A stretch of 64,000 nucleotides of DNA from an uncultured bacterium (GTDB taxonomy: Bacteria; Omnitrophota; Omnitrophia; Omnitrophales; Aquincolibacteriaceae): positions 4,115 through 68,114 of the forward strand of contig CAZLTL010000003.1 in assembly GCA_964562525.1 (NCBI GenBank). The letters run 5' to 3'. Position 1 is the first letter of the stretch. Every line of letters begins with the position of its first letter. The position numbers and the translations under genes were made by a program. Below the pieces are notes generated by a model. The model was not told the DNA's origin, searched no databases, and saw only the letters and a list, made by a program, of their open reading frames with translations. Below are positions 19,047-28,469 of the stretch, one piece after another.

Positions 19047-20610
19047 CCTTAGCTGCTTTTCTCCGCTTCAAGTAAGCAAAAACCTGCGACGCTTCTTTCT
19101 TCTGAATGACGATGGAAATCAATACATAAAAAACACCCGCTGCCGCAATCGTCCCCAAAACCTGAACGGAGTAAACCGCTGTGCTTGCGGCAGGCGCACC
19201 CCCGCTCCACACATTCAAGAGAAGCCGTGCGCCCACAGCCATCAGCAAAGAAGCGCCCAGCGTTTTGATAAAACTAACTGCCGTTTCGCGGAAAGGAAAG
19301 CTTCCGACACAGCGCGGGTAAAAAGCCATTAAAAGTAAAAATTGCGCAACGGCAGAGACGGAAGTAGAAATGGCCAAGCCGGTTTCCTTAAAAATCGGCA
19401 TAAGAATAAAATTAAGCGCGGCATTCATAATCAATGAAATAATTCCGATGCGCATGGGAGTTTTAGAGTCATGCGCGGCATAGTAGCCGGTAATCATCAT
19501 TTTCTGACCTGAATACGCAAAAAGCCCCCACGAATAAGCGGCTAAAACCGAAGCCGTGCGCGCCGTAGAAGCCGCGTCAAACTCTCCTCGTTCGAAAAGC
19601 AGCCGCATAATATCCGGCGCCAGAACAACCAACCCGGCAGCCGCGGGCAAAACGATCATAAAAGTCACAGAAAGCGAAAACGCCAAGGTTTGCTTGGCTT
19701 CCTCTTTCTGATTTTTCGCGATTTGATTAGAAAGCATCGGTAAAAGCGCGGAGCCCATCGCAACACCGAACATTGCCAGCGGCAACTGCATCACCCGGTT
19801 GCCGTACCAAAGGCTTGAGTTGGCGCCCGGCCCAGCCCAATAAGCAAAAGCGGTATCCACCAGCATATTCACTTGAACGGCACCGAAACTTAAAAGCACC
19901 GGCGCAAAAAGCTTCCAACTGCGCGTCAGACCTTCATGCGGCCATTCCCAAACCCATTTAAATTTAAATCCCAACTTTTCCAGAAAAGGCCATTCCACAA
20001 CCCAATGCAATAATCCGGCGAAGGTTAAAGCCCATGCCAGAACATGCAGCCGCAAAGATTGATCGTCCGGAACCCAAGGGAAAACCCAAAGCATGACCCC
20101 GATCCAAATAAAATTCATCAGAACCGGACCGATCATCGGTACAAAAAATCGATTGTGCGTATTTAAGATGCCCATCCCAACTGCATAAGCGCATAAAAAC
20201 CATAGATGCGGAAACATCACCTGCAGCAAACTGATGGCGAGGCGGATCACTTCGGGAAAAACACCGAACTTGAGCAGCAATCCGAGAAGGATTTCAACCA
20301 CGAGGATAAAAACCAGCAAAGCCGCCCCCATAAAGGTGTAGACGAGATTGGCATACTTCGAAGCAGCTTCCTCGCCTTGCTTGACGCGGATATCGCTATA
20401 AACGGGAATAAACGCGCTCGCTAGGGCACCTTCCCCCACAATGCGGCGGAAGAAATTCGGCACCATAAAAGCGTATAAGAAAGCGTCCCAAGCCCAGCCT
20501 AGGCCGAAGGATTTAGCACTGACAATGTCACGCACAAGCCCCAAAATGCGGCTCAGCATAATCATTGCCGCCATAACAAACGCGGATTTCAGTAATTTAT
20601 CTTTTGCCAT
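19015..20610 (-). CDS. murJ: Lipid II flippase MurJ/MviN
   Basis: MAKDKLLKSAFVMAAMIMLSRILGLVRDIVSAKSFG is a typical MurJ N-terminus. About 14 TM helices over 531 aa. 3' end overlaps uvrC start by 32 nt. Confidence 0.85.
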   Translation of the reverse strand: MAKDKLLKSAFVMAAMIMLSRILGLVRDIVSAKSFGLGWAWDAFLYAFMVPNFFRRIVGEGALASAFIPVYSDIRVKQGEEAASKYANLVYTFMGAALLVFILVVEILLGLLLKFGVFPEVIRLAISLLQVMFPHLWFLCAYAVGMGILNTHNRFFVPMIGPVLMNFIWIGVMLWVFPWVPDDQSLRLHVLAWALTFAGLLHWVVEWPFLEKLGFKFKWVWEWPHEGLTRSWKLFAPVLLSFGAVQVNMLVDTAFAYWAGPGANSSLWYGNRVMQLPLAMFGVAMGSALLPMLSNQIAKNQKEEAKQTLAFSLSVTFMIVLPAAAGLVVLAPDIMRLLFERGEFDAASTARTASVLAAYSWGLFAYSGQKMMITGYYAAHDSKTPMRIGIISLIMNAALNFILMPIFKETGLAISTSVSAVAQFLLLMAFYPRCVGSFPFRETAVSFIKTLGASLLMAVGARLLLNVWSGGAPAASTAVYSVQVLGTIAAAGVFYVLISIVIQKKEASQVFAYLKRRKAAKVEAPGIEGEK

Positions 20611-20720
20611 CGTTTTTCACATCGCCTTCCGGCCGTTTGACATACATTTTGACACCCCGCAAAAGGGTATGCTATAGTTTCGCCCGTTATCAAGCACTTT
20701 ATCTAAAAGGAAATGACACT

Positions 20721-20996
20721 ATGCCGAATATTAAGTCCGCAATGAAGCGGCTTCGCAGCAACGCTAAAAAAGAAGATCGTAACCAGACGATGCTTTCTGA
20801 ACTTAAGACGCTTAAGAAGAACCTTTTGAAGCTTCAGGCCGAGCCTGAAAAAGCGAAAGAAGTTGCCGCTAAAGCCATGAAACGTTTCGACCAAGCCGCC
20901 GTTAAAGGAATCATTCCTAAGGGCCGCGCAAACCGCAATAAATCCCGCATTCAGGCTCTCGTTAATAAACTGACAGCCAAGAAGAAAAAAGCGTAA
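20721..20996 (+). CDS. rpsT: 30S ribosomal protein S20
   Basis: MPNIKSAMKRLRSNAKKEDRNQ...KGIIPKGRANRNKSRIQALVNKL. AAGGA Shine-Dalgarno 11 nt upstream. Start chosen inside the longer track ORF. Confidence 0.9.
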   Translation: MPNIKSAMKRLRSNAKKEDRNQTMLSELKTLKKNLLKLQAEPEKAKEVAAKAMKRFDQAAVKGIIPKGRANRNKSRIQALVNKLTAKKKKA

Positions 20997-21001
20997 GTCT
21001 T

Positions 21002-21997
21002 TCAACTCCGGCCTCTTCCCAGCCCTCGCGGGGGTGAAGCGGCCGGAGCTGTTATTTTAAGCATCCACATTTCAAGCGCAGGCCGTCCAAGCGCTCTCCC
21101 TGTTTTTGATTTAATGTCTAAATCGTGAAGTTCTTCAATCGCCGTTTCTAGCCGGCCCAATTCAAACTTCGCTAAAGCCCGAAAAAACTGCTCCGAGCCA
21201 TAGCCGGGTTTCATGCCAAGACGCGCTGTGACCTGTGACGGGGCAAGACCTTCTTCCATTAAAACTTTGGCCTGCCAAAGTTTTTTAATTTGAGAATGAA
21301 TAAATCCCAGCATAGAGTAAATATCATCATCCATTTCGAAAAGTTTCGTGAGAACCCGCAAGGCTTCCGCCGGATTCTTAGCGAGAATGGCATTCGATAA
21401 ATCATAAATTTTGACATCATTCCAATCTTCATCAAATTGCTGCGCCATAGACTCATCAATTTGCGGTTTATCCCCCGCGAATAAAACAAGGCGGTCAATC
21501 ATGCTCGCAAGAAATACGGGCGATTCGCCGCACATTTCAAAAATCATTTTTTGCGCGCCGGGAGTAATCGTTTTTTTAGCTTCAGTGAGCTTCGCTTTAA
21601 GAAACTGCAATTCCCGTTTCATGCGGTCCGCCTGCGCGGGACGGATCAGAACACCATATTGGTGAATGAGTTTAGCCAAGCGGCTTTTTTCATCGGCTTT
21701 ATCCGCTTCAAAAATCAGCACCGACTTGGGAAAAGGGGTTTTGAGATAAGCTTCCAACTCATCCAAAGCGTCTTCTTTGAGCTTATCCGCTTGTTTTACT
21801 CTTAGGATTTGCGATTCAGCCAGAAAAGGAAGCGAGCGGGCGCAGCCAAGAATTTGCGCGAGAGGAGCATCCGTCACGTCGAAGGTTTGAATTTCACATT
21901 GGCCGGCGAGCTCTTTCTGAACCTGCGGAAGCAACGCCTCGTATTCCGCGCGCCGCATGAACCCATCCCCAGCAATCAAATAAACTAATTTACTCAT
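21002..21997 (-). CDS. holA: DNA polymerase III delta subunit
   Basis: Length of 331 aa. N-terminal LVYLIAGDGFM clamp-loader delta signature. Conserved position next to lptE and divergent from rpsT. Confidence 0.65.
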   Translation of the reverse strand: MSKLVYLIAGDGFMRRAEYEALLPQVQKELAGQCEIQTFDVTDAPLAQILGCARSLPFLAESQILRVKQADKLKEDALDELEAYLKTPFPKSVLIFEADKADEKSRLAKLIHQYGVLIRPAQADRMKRELQFLKAKLTEAKKTITPGAQKMIFEMCGESPVFLASMIDRLVLFAGDKPQIDESMAQQFDEDWNDVKIYDLSNAILAKNPAEALRVLTKLFEMDDDIYSMLGFIHSQIKKLWQAKVLMEEGLAPSQVTARLGMKPGYGSEQFFRALAKFELGRLETAIEELHDLDIKSKTGRALGRPALEMWMLKITAPAASPPRGLGRGRS

Positions 21998-22160
21998 TTT
22001 TTATGAAAGCTCTAAACGGAATTGTTTAATGGAAGCGCCTTTCAAAAGGGCTTGGATGCTAGGCATGCATAAGCGCCCGCGGAGGCGTATAGAGCAATAC
22101 GCCGCACAAGGAAGCGAAATGCATAACAACGCAGACGAGCCCTTTTCAAAGGCGCTCGGT

Positions 22161-22691
22161 TTACCAGTCTTCGGCGACGCGGTCGACCACTCTCTCCGCC
22201 AAATCCTCAATCGCCTTCGTGGTGGAAGAACGCTGTCCCATGGACCGAACTTCGGTCACAAAGTATTCATCATTGCCCGAAAAATTCGGTTCCGTCCAAA
22301 TCACTTCACCGGTTTCGCGATGCGTTAGGGTCAAACTTAAAACGATAAAAAGACGAAACTCGGATACGCCTTCAAGCGAATTAAACCGAACACCTTCTTG
22401 CTCATAAGCTTTCAAATCAATTGAAAGCACCGCATCCGCTTGATCCGGTCTTTCAACCTTCAAGTTACCGTCGACCTGAAAACGCTGAATAATGGCATTG
22501 GTAATGTCCATTTCAAGACCGGGCTGATACGAATACATTTGCTCAATTGGAATTTTATTGAGCACGGTTGAAACGTAAATAGATTGAATATCATAAGGCA
22601 GTTTGGTTTTGCTGGTATAACCGCAGCCCGACGCCGAAATCAAAGCCAAGCCCACAACCCACCACCGAAAGTTTAAAAGCAATTTCCGCAT
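22161..22691 (-). CDS. lptE: LptE-like LPS-assembly lipoprotein
   Basis: Signal peptide with lipobox ISASGC. About 176 aa. Immediately upstream of holA, the conserved lptE-holA arrangement. Confidence 0.5.
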   Translation of the reverse strand: MRKLLLNFRWWVVGLALISASGCGYTSKTKLPYDIQSIYVSTVLNKIPIEQMYSYQPGLEMDITNAIIQRFQVDGNLKVERPDQADAVLSIDLKAYEQEGVRFNSLEGVSEFRLFIVLSLTLTHRETGEVIWTEPNFSGNDEYFVTEVRSMGQRSSTTKAIEDLAERVVDRVAEDW

Positions 22692-22695
22692 TTGT

Positions 22696-25590
22696 TTATC
22701 CTTCAGATTTCATGAAGCGCGCAACTTCCTTTTCAAGAAAATCACGCTGCTGCGTTAACTCCGTCACACGGGCTTCCAATCGATCGCGTTCCATAAGCAA
22801 ATCGCCGCGCATCGCTTTTGAAGTTGATTTTTGAACCTGCAAATCAGCTTCGTTGATACGCTTTTCAAGAATTTTCTTCTCTTCGTCTTCAAGCTCAATT
22901 TGATTTTGAATCACCTCGACGAGTGACTCCTCAATTTCTTTCAGCTCTTTAACCTGTTTCGGGTCCGCAACTTCCAAATCAACCGGCGCTAAACCAGATG
23001 GGGACGCAATCGCGCCTGACTCCGGCGCCATCTTTTCAATTTCGTTGCGCAAGCTTTGCTTATCGACATTAGAAGTCGGCGTGGGCAATTCAAGGCTCTC
23101 AGCCGAAGGTGCCGGAACTTCACTTGGCGGAAGCTTGGCCACCGCCGCCTCTACTTTTTCGAGCTCTTTTTTCAAACTTTCAAGTTCAGTTGTCTTTTGG
23201 TCCAGGCGCTCAATCAGCATTTCCTGACGCTGTTCGGGCGTAACTAATTTTTGCGCGTTATCAATCGCATCATCAATAAAAACGTAAGGCACTGTGACCA
23301 TCGCCGAGCGGAATTGCTGCCCGCCCGCGAGCGAAGCCTGCGCACGGAGAATTTCAAGATTCTTTTCAAGCTGTTCAATTTCAATCGCCTGCGCCTGAAT
23401 CATTAAGCTTTCCGTTTCAATTTCTTTCTTCAGGTTCTGCGCCGCTGCATCATCAGACTTGCCGGCTTTATGCGTTAAGGCAGCCGCTGCATTATCACGG
23501 CCAAACAAGAAAACGCGCGTCGCCTTGACCGGAAAAAGAAGCGTTCCGCTCACTTTTTCAGAAGTTGTTTTTGCGGCTTTGCTGCCGACCAATTGATCCA
23601 GCTCATTTAAAAGCTTGGTTTTGCGCTTATCGCGATCTTCAATGTCTTCATAGCGTGAACGAATTCCACGCTCCACTTTTTTGATTTCTTTGCGCAATTC
23701 TTTCGGATCAACCGCATCGGACGTTTCAAGTTTTTCAGCCAAGCGCTCCTGTTCAATCAGCGCCAGCTCATCATTAAACGCGGTTGAAAGGGTATCCACG
23801 ACATTCTGAGACATCGCCACTTTTTCGCGCAAATGCAAACGAAGCTCGAGCAATTCTTGAGTGCTCTTGGATTCATATTTTGTATCTTTAAAGGGGTTCA
23901 CTGCAACCTTGCTCACGGCAAGCCCGACCTTTTTGCGGAAGCTGACCAGCCAATCGTCCGAGCCGAAACGCGCGGCATACTGAGCAAGCTTTTGACGGAA
24001 GGGACTGTCTTGATCTTTGTCGTCAGCCTGAACCTCAGTTGCTGAACCGGCAGGCAAGCCGCTGATAAGCGCGGAAACTTCATGATGCTGTTTATACAGT
24101 GTTTCTTTCTCATCCAAAGTTTTTTTCTTTTTATCCGAAATTTTATAGAGCTCTTTCGCGTCCAATGCCTGAACTTTTTCAAGAGGCGTTTTCGGTTCAC
24201 CCGTAAAAGGAACCCAGCCTTCGTAAAAAGCTTTCCCGACACCAAGCTCGGAACGCCACCCTGCCAACTGCAGTTTCTCGGCTTCAAGCGCATCGCGCTC
24301 CGCTTCAAGCGACGCGCGCCAACGTTCAATCGCTTTTTTGAAATCTTCCGATTGATTGTCTTTATGCTGCTTGATTTTCTTGTCCAAGTTTTTGAATTTT
24401 TCTTTCAATTCCGCTTCGCGCCGCTTCAAATCCTGAGTCAGACGGGCAACGCTGTCGCCTTTTTCCTTTTCAAGCGACTTACTGCGCTTTTCAAGGCGAT
24501 CCAACTTACGCTCCAAAGCTTCACGTTCGGCAGGATCCGCATCCGTGCCCAGTCCGGCCAACCGTTTCTTGGTATCGTCGATTTCGGCGTTCAAAGCATC
24601 CCGTTCGGAAGTTAAATACTCGACCGGCTGCTTAAGCGAACGCAAGCGGTTCTCCGCCTTCGCGCCTGAATGAGTATGGGGATAGCGTTTCGCGACATCC
24701 TGATAATAAATGACGGCACTTTGAACAAAGTTTTGTTTTTCGTAAAATAAACCGATTTGGTAGTTTTTCTCGGCATTCTTTTCATCAATTTCTTCACTAA
24801 TTTTCGCGGCTTGTTCCGTTCCGGGAGCGCCGGGATATTTCTGCATAAATCCCTGAACCTGCTCAGAGGCTTTTTCGAGCGCACGTTCATCGCGGTTTTG
24901 AGCGATGGAGCGAAAGTAAGCGGTTTCGGCGAGTTCATACCGCGCCTTTTCAACCAAGCTGCTTTGCGGGTAATTATCGATTAAATCCTGAAAAGACTGC
25001 ATCGCGGCGTCAAATTGGGCGGCTTTTTTCTGAGCGACCGCTAAACTAAATTGGGCTTGATCGCCAAAAGCGCCGTAAGGGGCAAATTTAACGATATGTT
25101 CAAAAGCCTGCACTGCAATCGGGAAAGCAGGACGGATTTCAACGCCGAAAAGCTTTCCTTTTTTACCGGAAAGAAACATATTTCCAAGATTGAATTCGCG
25201 CTCAATGACCTCTTCAAAGCGGTCATTTTGAGGGTAAACTTCAATCATCTTCTGATAGGCTTTGAGTGCTTTGTAGTAATCGCCCTTTTCCTCATAAACC
25301 GTTCCCAGGCGGTATTGTGCTTCAGGCGCAACACGGGAAGCGGGAAAATCCTTAATTAAAGACTCTAACTCGGTAATGGCTTTGTCGTATTGCTTCTGCT
25401 TATAAAGTTCGAGGGCGTATTCCAGCTGCTGGCTGCTATTGTCGCGCGTATCATCTTCTTTAGGGCTGACAAACTTCCCCAACTCGGGGGACCAAACCCA
25501 GTCTGCATAGAGATTAAAAGGGCTGAATGCTGTAATCAGGGCAAGCAGAACCGGCAAGTAAGATTTTTTATGTATCATGATGAATTTCAA
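22696..25590 (-). CDS. Secreted BamD-like TPR domain fused to ~600 aa coiled-coil (964 aa)
   Basis: Signal peptide. N-terminal TPR repeats with BamD/YbgF-like spacing (YALELYKQKQYDKAITELESLIKDFPASRVAPEAQYRLGTVY...). The remainder is heptad-rich and charged (KLDRLEKRSKSLEKEKG...). TTG start per track; an ATG lies 12 nt downstream. Confidence 0.7.
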   Translation of the reverse strand: MKFIMIHKKSYLPVLLALITAFSPFNLYADWVWSPELGKFVSPKEDDTRDNSSQQLEYALELYKQKQYDKAITELESLIKDFPASRVAPEAQYRLGTVYEEKGDYYKALKAYQKMIEVYPQNDRFEEVIEREFNLGNMFLSGKKGKLFGVEIRPAFPIAVQAFEHIVKFAPYGAFGDQAQFSLAVAQKKAAQFDAAMQSFQDLIDNYPQSSLVEKARYELAETAYFRSIAQNRDERALEKASEQVQGFMQKYPGAPGTEQAAKISEEIDEKNAEKNYQIGLFYEKQNFVQSAVIYYQDVAKRYPHTHSGAKAENRLRSLKQPVEYLTSERDALNAEIDDTKKRLAGLGTDADPAEREALERKLDRLEKRSKSLEKEKGDSVARLTQDLKRREAELKEKFKNLDKKIKQHKDNQSEDFKKAIERWRASLEAERDALEAEKLQLAGWRSELGVGKAFYEGWVPFTGEPKTPLEKVQALDAKELYKISDKKKKTLDEKETLYKQHHEVSALISGLPAGSATEVQADDKDQDSPFRQKLAQYAARFGSDDWLVSFRKKVGLAVSKVAVNPFKDTKYESKSTQELLELRLHLREKVAMSQNVVDTLSTAFNDELALIEQERLAEKLETSDAVDPKELRKEIKKVERGIRSRYEDIEDRDKRKTKLLNELDQLVGSKAAKTTSEKVSGTLLFPVKATRVFLFGRDNAAAALTHKAGKSDDAAAQNLKKEIETESLMIQAQAIEIEQLEKNLEILRAQASLAGGQQFRSAMVTVPYVFIDDAIDNAQKLVTPEQRQEMLIERLDQKTTELESLKKELEKVEAAVAKLPPSEVPAPSAESLELPTPTSNVDKQSLRNEIEKMAPESGAIASPSGLAPVDLEVADPKQVKELKEIEESLVEVIQNQIELEDEEKKILEKRINEADLQVQKSTSKAMRGDLLMERDRLEARVTELTQQRDFLEKEVARFMKSEG

Positions 25591-25647
25591 TAGGTTGAAA
25601 GGAGTACTCTATCCGCTCACCCAAGGGCTGTCAATCAGGAACCCTTT

Positions 25648-25942
25648 AGGTCGTATTGACATTGTTTATGCGTTGGCGTTGTGAGCGCCATAGCCGACTT
25701 ATCCCAGGCGTGACGACGAAGGCTTGTCCCATGCGACAAGTCTAGGAGGAACAACGCCGGAGAATCGGCTATGCCGCCTCAACCCGATTTGCTCCTGCTT
25801 TGTGGGACAGGACGAGTTGCTACGCATCACTGCGTCTCTCGATCGTCGACGCACCGCTCAGGGTGCGCCTTCCTCCTCATTCCTTGTGCTGCTTGCAAGC
25901 CGTTCCTGTCGCCAGCGCAGAAACAATGTCAACACGACCTAG
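25648..25942. mobile_element. MITE-like non-coding element: 295 bp bounded by 32-bp imperfect terminal inverted repeats (29/32 match), with a hairpin-rich interior
   Basis: TAGGTCGTATTGACATTGTTTATGCGTTGGCG at 25648-25679. Its reverse complement, with 3 mismatches, is at 25910-25942. Interior holds several local stems (e.g. cttgtcccatgcgacaag; catagccga / tcggctatg). No transposase ORF inside. Confidence 0.4.
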
Positions 25943-26440
25943 CAGCTCCATTCGCCGAATTTGAACCCCGGGGCTAATAGCTTGAAATGTTTTCCTCATT
26001 CTTTCCGCTCGATCCGGCGGATAGTAAATAGCCTGCACTTCAAAGTTTTTTTGAAGTTCTTTTAAAGCCCCGATTTGTTCGGCGCTATGCCCCTCAAGAA
26101 CAATTTTACTGATTCGGGAAACCCCTCTTTTACGAAGTTCAGGCACCAGCTCAAACCGTGAAAAGCGCTGAAAACGATCTGAGCAAGCGCCCCATAAATC
26201 GGCATGGCGGCCTTGCTGAATTAAGGTCACTTCGCCGCAAGAACCGCGCAATGTCTCTATACGTAAAGAACCCGGCCAGCCTTTGGGTAAAAAAAAAGGT
26301 ATCTGAATCAATATCCAGCTGATGCCGATGGCGCTGCACCAAAACTGTGCCGACTTAAAAGAAAAACGCATACGCCTCCTAAAACGTAATAACTCAAAAC
26401 GAGTTTCAAGTCCGGCTGTGCCAGAGCAAGACTGCTCCAT
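25877..26440 (-). pseudogene. Detached, degenerate metallo-beta-lactamase-like C-terminal piece of ComEC, in a different frame overlapping comEC by 133 nt; its 3' end overlaps the MITE-like inverted repeat
   Basis: LRIETLRGSCGEVTLIQQGRHADLWG resembles the ComEC MBL start (FLDVGQGDAxLI) but lacks the HxHxDH metal-binding motif. Confidence 0.35.
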
Positions 26441-27786
26441 TTAAAGGTAGCTATCGCATCAACAACCCAAAGAGAACTCGCCAGCAAAAGCTTCACGACC
26501 CAGAAAGCGGGCATTCCCAGAAAAGGCAAGAGAGAAAGAAACCCCAAAGGCAAAATAAGCGCAAAGGCCGGCACAACGGCGAGATTCGCGAAAATACCGC
26601 TCCAAGAAAAAGTTTGAAAGTGATAAAGAACCACCGGATAACTCGCCAAAAAAGCCGCAAGGCTGACATCCAGCCCGGGCAGAGGTAAAACTTTTTTGAT
26701 CAAAGGCGCGACAAATAAAATGCCATACATCGATAAAAAAGAAAGCTGAAACGAGATGTCCCAAATCTTTTTAGGATCCGCGATCAAAAGCACCGCGAGG
26801 GCAAAATTAAGCCAATAAGCCAAAGGCTGCGGCCTTCCCATGGCCCATGCGGCCCAAACAACAATCGCCATCATGCCCGCACGCTGAACCGCAATCCCCC
26901 AACCGGTTAAGGCCATATAAATAAAAATGCCCAAACCTGAAACAATAACTGCACCCACGGGACGCAAACGTAATAACAAGGTCAGGCCAAAAATAAATCC
27001 TGCAATGACGGCGGCGTGAAAGCCGCTCACCGAAAGCAAATGCGAAGTGCTCGAGCGTGTAAATATTCTCCGCAGCTCAGGGTCCGGAACCCGAAAACCC
27101 AGCAAAAGCGCTTTTAAAACTTGGCTGTGTCGAGGCGAGTATCGCTTTTCAATTTGAAGCGCCAGCGATTCGCGCGCAATCTGCAAAATGCGCAACGGAA
27201 GAAACCGACTATCCCATCCATTCGGAATCATATCGCCTGATTTTTTAACCCGGATTTGAGCTTGAACATTTTTCATAAATAAATTTCTCCGCATCCACTC
27301 CGCGCCAGGTTCGCCTTCGCGCGGAAAGCGAATAAAACCCTTCACAATAAGACGGTCGCCGATCAAAGGTGCTTCTTCCATGTCCGAGACAGAAACCTCT
27401 ACTTTACTCCTTGTGGCATGCCAAGGGCCTTCCTCCATTCGAAAGCGGACACATTCAAACTCCCACCTTTGTTTTGAATAGGCTTTTTCGGGAAATGTTT
27501 TAACCATTCCCTCCATCACCACTAACTTTCCGGGCACACGCCATGCAGAATGATTCCAATCATCCCGCGCAATCGTAACTGAAGCCAGTCCATAGAGAAA
27601 TGAAACAATGAGCATTACCCCCAACTTCCATCGACTCTCTTTTAAAATCAAAAGCGCCGCTAATGCTAAGCCACACACCATTGAAGTTCCCTCTTCGATT
27701 GGAAAATGGCTCAGCTGAGACAAGCTTGCCCCGACCGCGATGCCCGCCGCCGTTAAAACCCACTTAAGCCTTAATATATAAATCAT
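26308..27786 (-). CDS. comEC: ComEC/Rec2-like DNA internalization channel (DUF4131 + competence domain, no intact MBL domain)
   Basis: Polytopic membrane protein. Competence-domain signature TSHLLSVSGFHAAVIAGF. 492 aa. Confidence 0.7.
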   Translation of the reverse strand: MIYILRLKWVLTAAGIAVGASLSQLSHFPIEEGTSMVCGLALAALLILKESRWKLGVMLIVSFLYGLASVTIARDDWNHSAWRVPGKLVVMEGMVKTFPEKAYSKQRWEFECVRFRMEEGPWHATRSKVEVSVSDMEEAPLIGDRLIVKGFIRFPREGEPGAEWMRRNLFMKNVQAQIRVKKSGDMIPNGWDSRFLPLRILQIARESLALQIEKRYSPRHSQVLKALLLGFRVPDPELRRIFTRSSTSHLLSVSGFHAAVIAGFIFGLTLLLRLRPVGAVIVSGLGIFIYMALTGWGIAVQRAGMMAIVVWAAWAMGRPQPLAYWLNFALAVLLIADPKKIWDISFQLSFLSMYGILFVAPLIKKVLPLPGLDVSLAAFLASYPVVLYHFQTFSWSGIFANLAVVPAFALILPLGFLSLLPFLGMPAFWVVKLLLASSLWVVDAIATFKWSSLALAQPDLKLVLSYYVLGGVCVFLLSRHSFGAAPSASAGY

Positions 27787-27863
27787 AATAAATATGATAT
27801 ATAATTATATATGAAAGCAAAGAAGTTTTTTGATAAAAATGAAGGGAAATTTAGAAACGACTT

Positions 27864-28469
27864 TTAACGAGGTAATTCGAGACGGACAAGCTCACCGCGG
27901 TAATCGAGATCGACATACTCTTTTTCAATTTTTTGTACGAAAACTTTGCGTTCGACCTTATCGCCCACGCGCATAATTTGACCGTTAATCAGCGCATAAG
28001 GCTGATCGCCGCCCCAGGCAATGCCGCTTAACTCAAACCGTCCGCGAGCCTCAGAAGACTCCGCCAATGTCACAAATTGAGTTTTTACCGAAGCTTGCGC
28101 CAATTCAGGTTTTGCCACAAAGGTACTGCGCTGAATATCAACCACCGCCGCGGGAGCCGGCTCGACTGCCGGACGCTGAGAGAACCAATAAATCAGCCCA
28201 AAAACAATCAGTCCGCCTAGCGCGAGCCCAATCACGGTAGGCCAATAAGATTTCCGAACGAGTGGCGCTGGACTATGCTGAACTTCCTCAATTTTCTTTT
28301 CAACTTCACGGTCAAATTGATCAAGACCTTCCAAGGCGCTTGGACGATGCCCCACCTTGGGTTGTTCGGGTATCGTTTTCACCGGCGCAGGACTATGCTT
28401 TTGTGTCTTTGCCAAAGCTTCTTGAATTAAACTCATGCCGCAACTCCTTCTAAGTCTGCTGCAGCACAT
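27864..28469 (-). CDS. Bitopic membrane protein with periplasmic C-domain, GspB/ExeB-like or the detached C-terminal half of ExeA/GspA
   Basis: Single TM (WPTVIGLALGGLIVFGLIYWF). Internal ATG (MSLIQEAL) forms an ATGA overlap with the stop of the upstream exeA-like gene, implying translational coupling. The true start is probably 28436. Confidence 0.45.
   Translation of the reverse strand: MCCSRLRRSCGMSLIQEALAKTQKHSPAPVKTIPEQPKVGHRPSALEGLDQFDREVEKKIEEVQHSPAPLVRKSYWPTVIGLALGGLIVFGLIYWFSQRPAVEPAPAAVVDIQRSTFVAKPELAQASVKTQFVTLAESSEARGRFELSGIAWGGDQPYALINGQIMRVGDKVERKVFVQKIEKEYVDLDYRGELVRLELPR

Noticed and set aside
25600-25990. Possible RNase P RNA or other housekeeping structured RNA, because of GC-rich hairpins such as GACGCACCGCTCAGGGTGCGCC
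   Set aside because: The conserved RNase P motifs (GGAAAGUCCGG, AGGGUGAAAnGGUGCGGUAAGAGCGCACC order) are not present on either strand. The region is better explained by the 32-bp inverted-repeat-bounded element.
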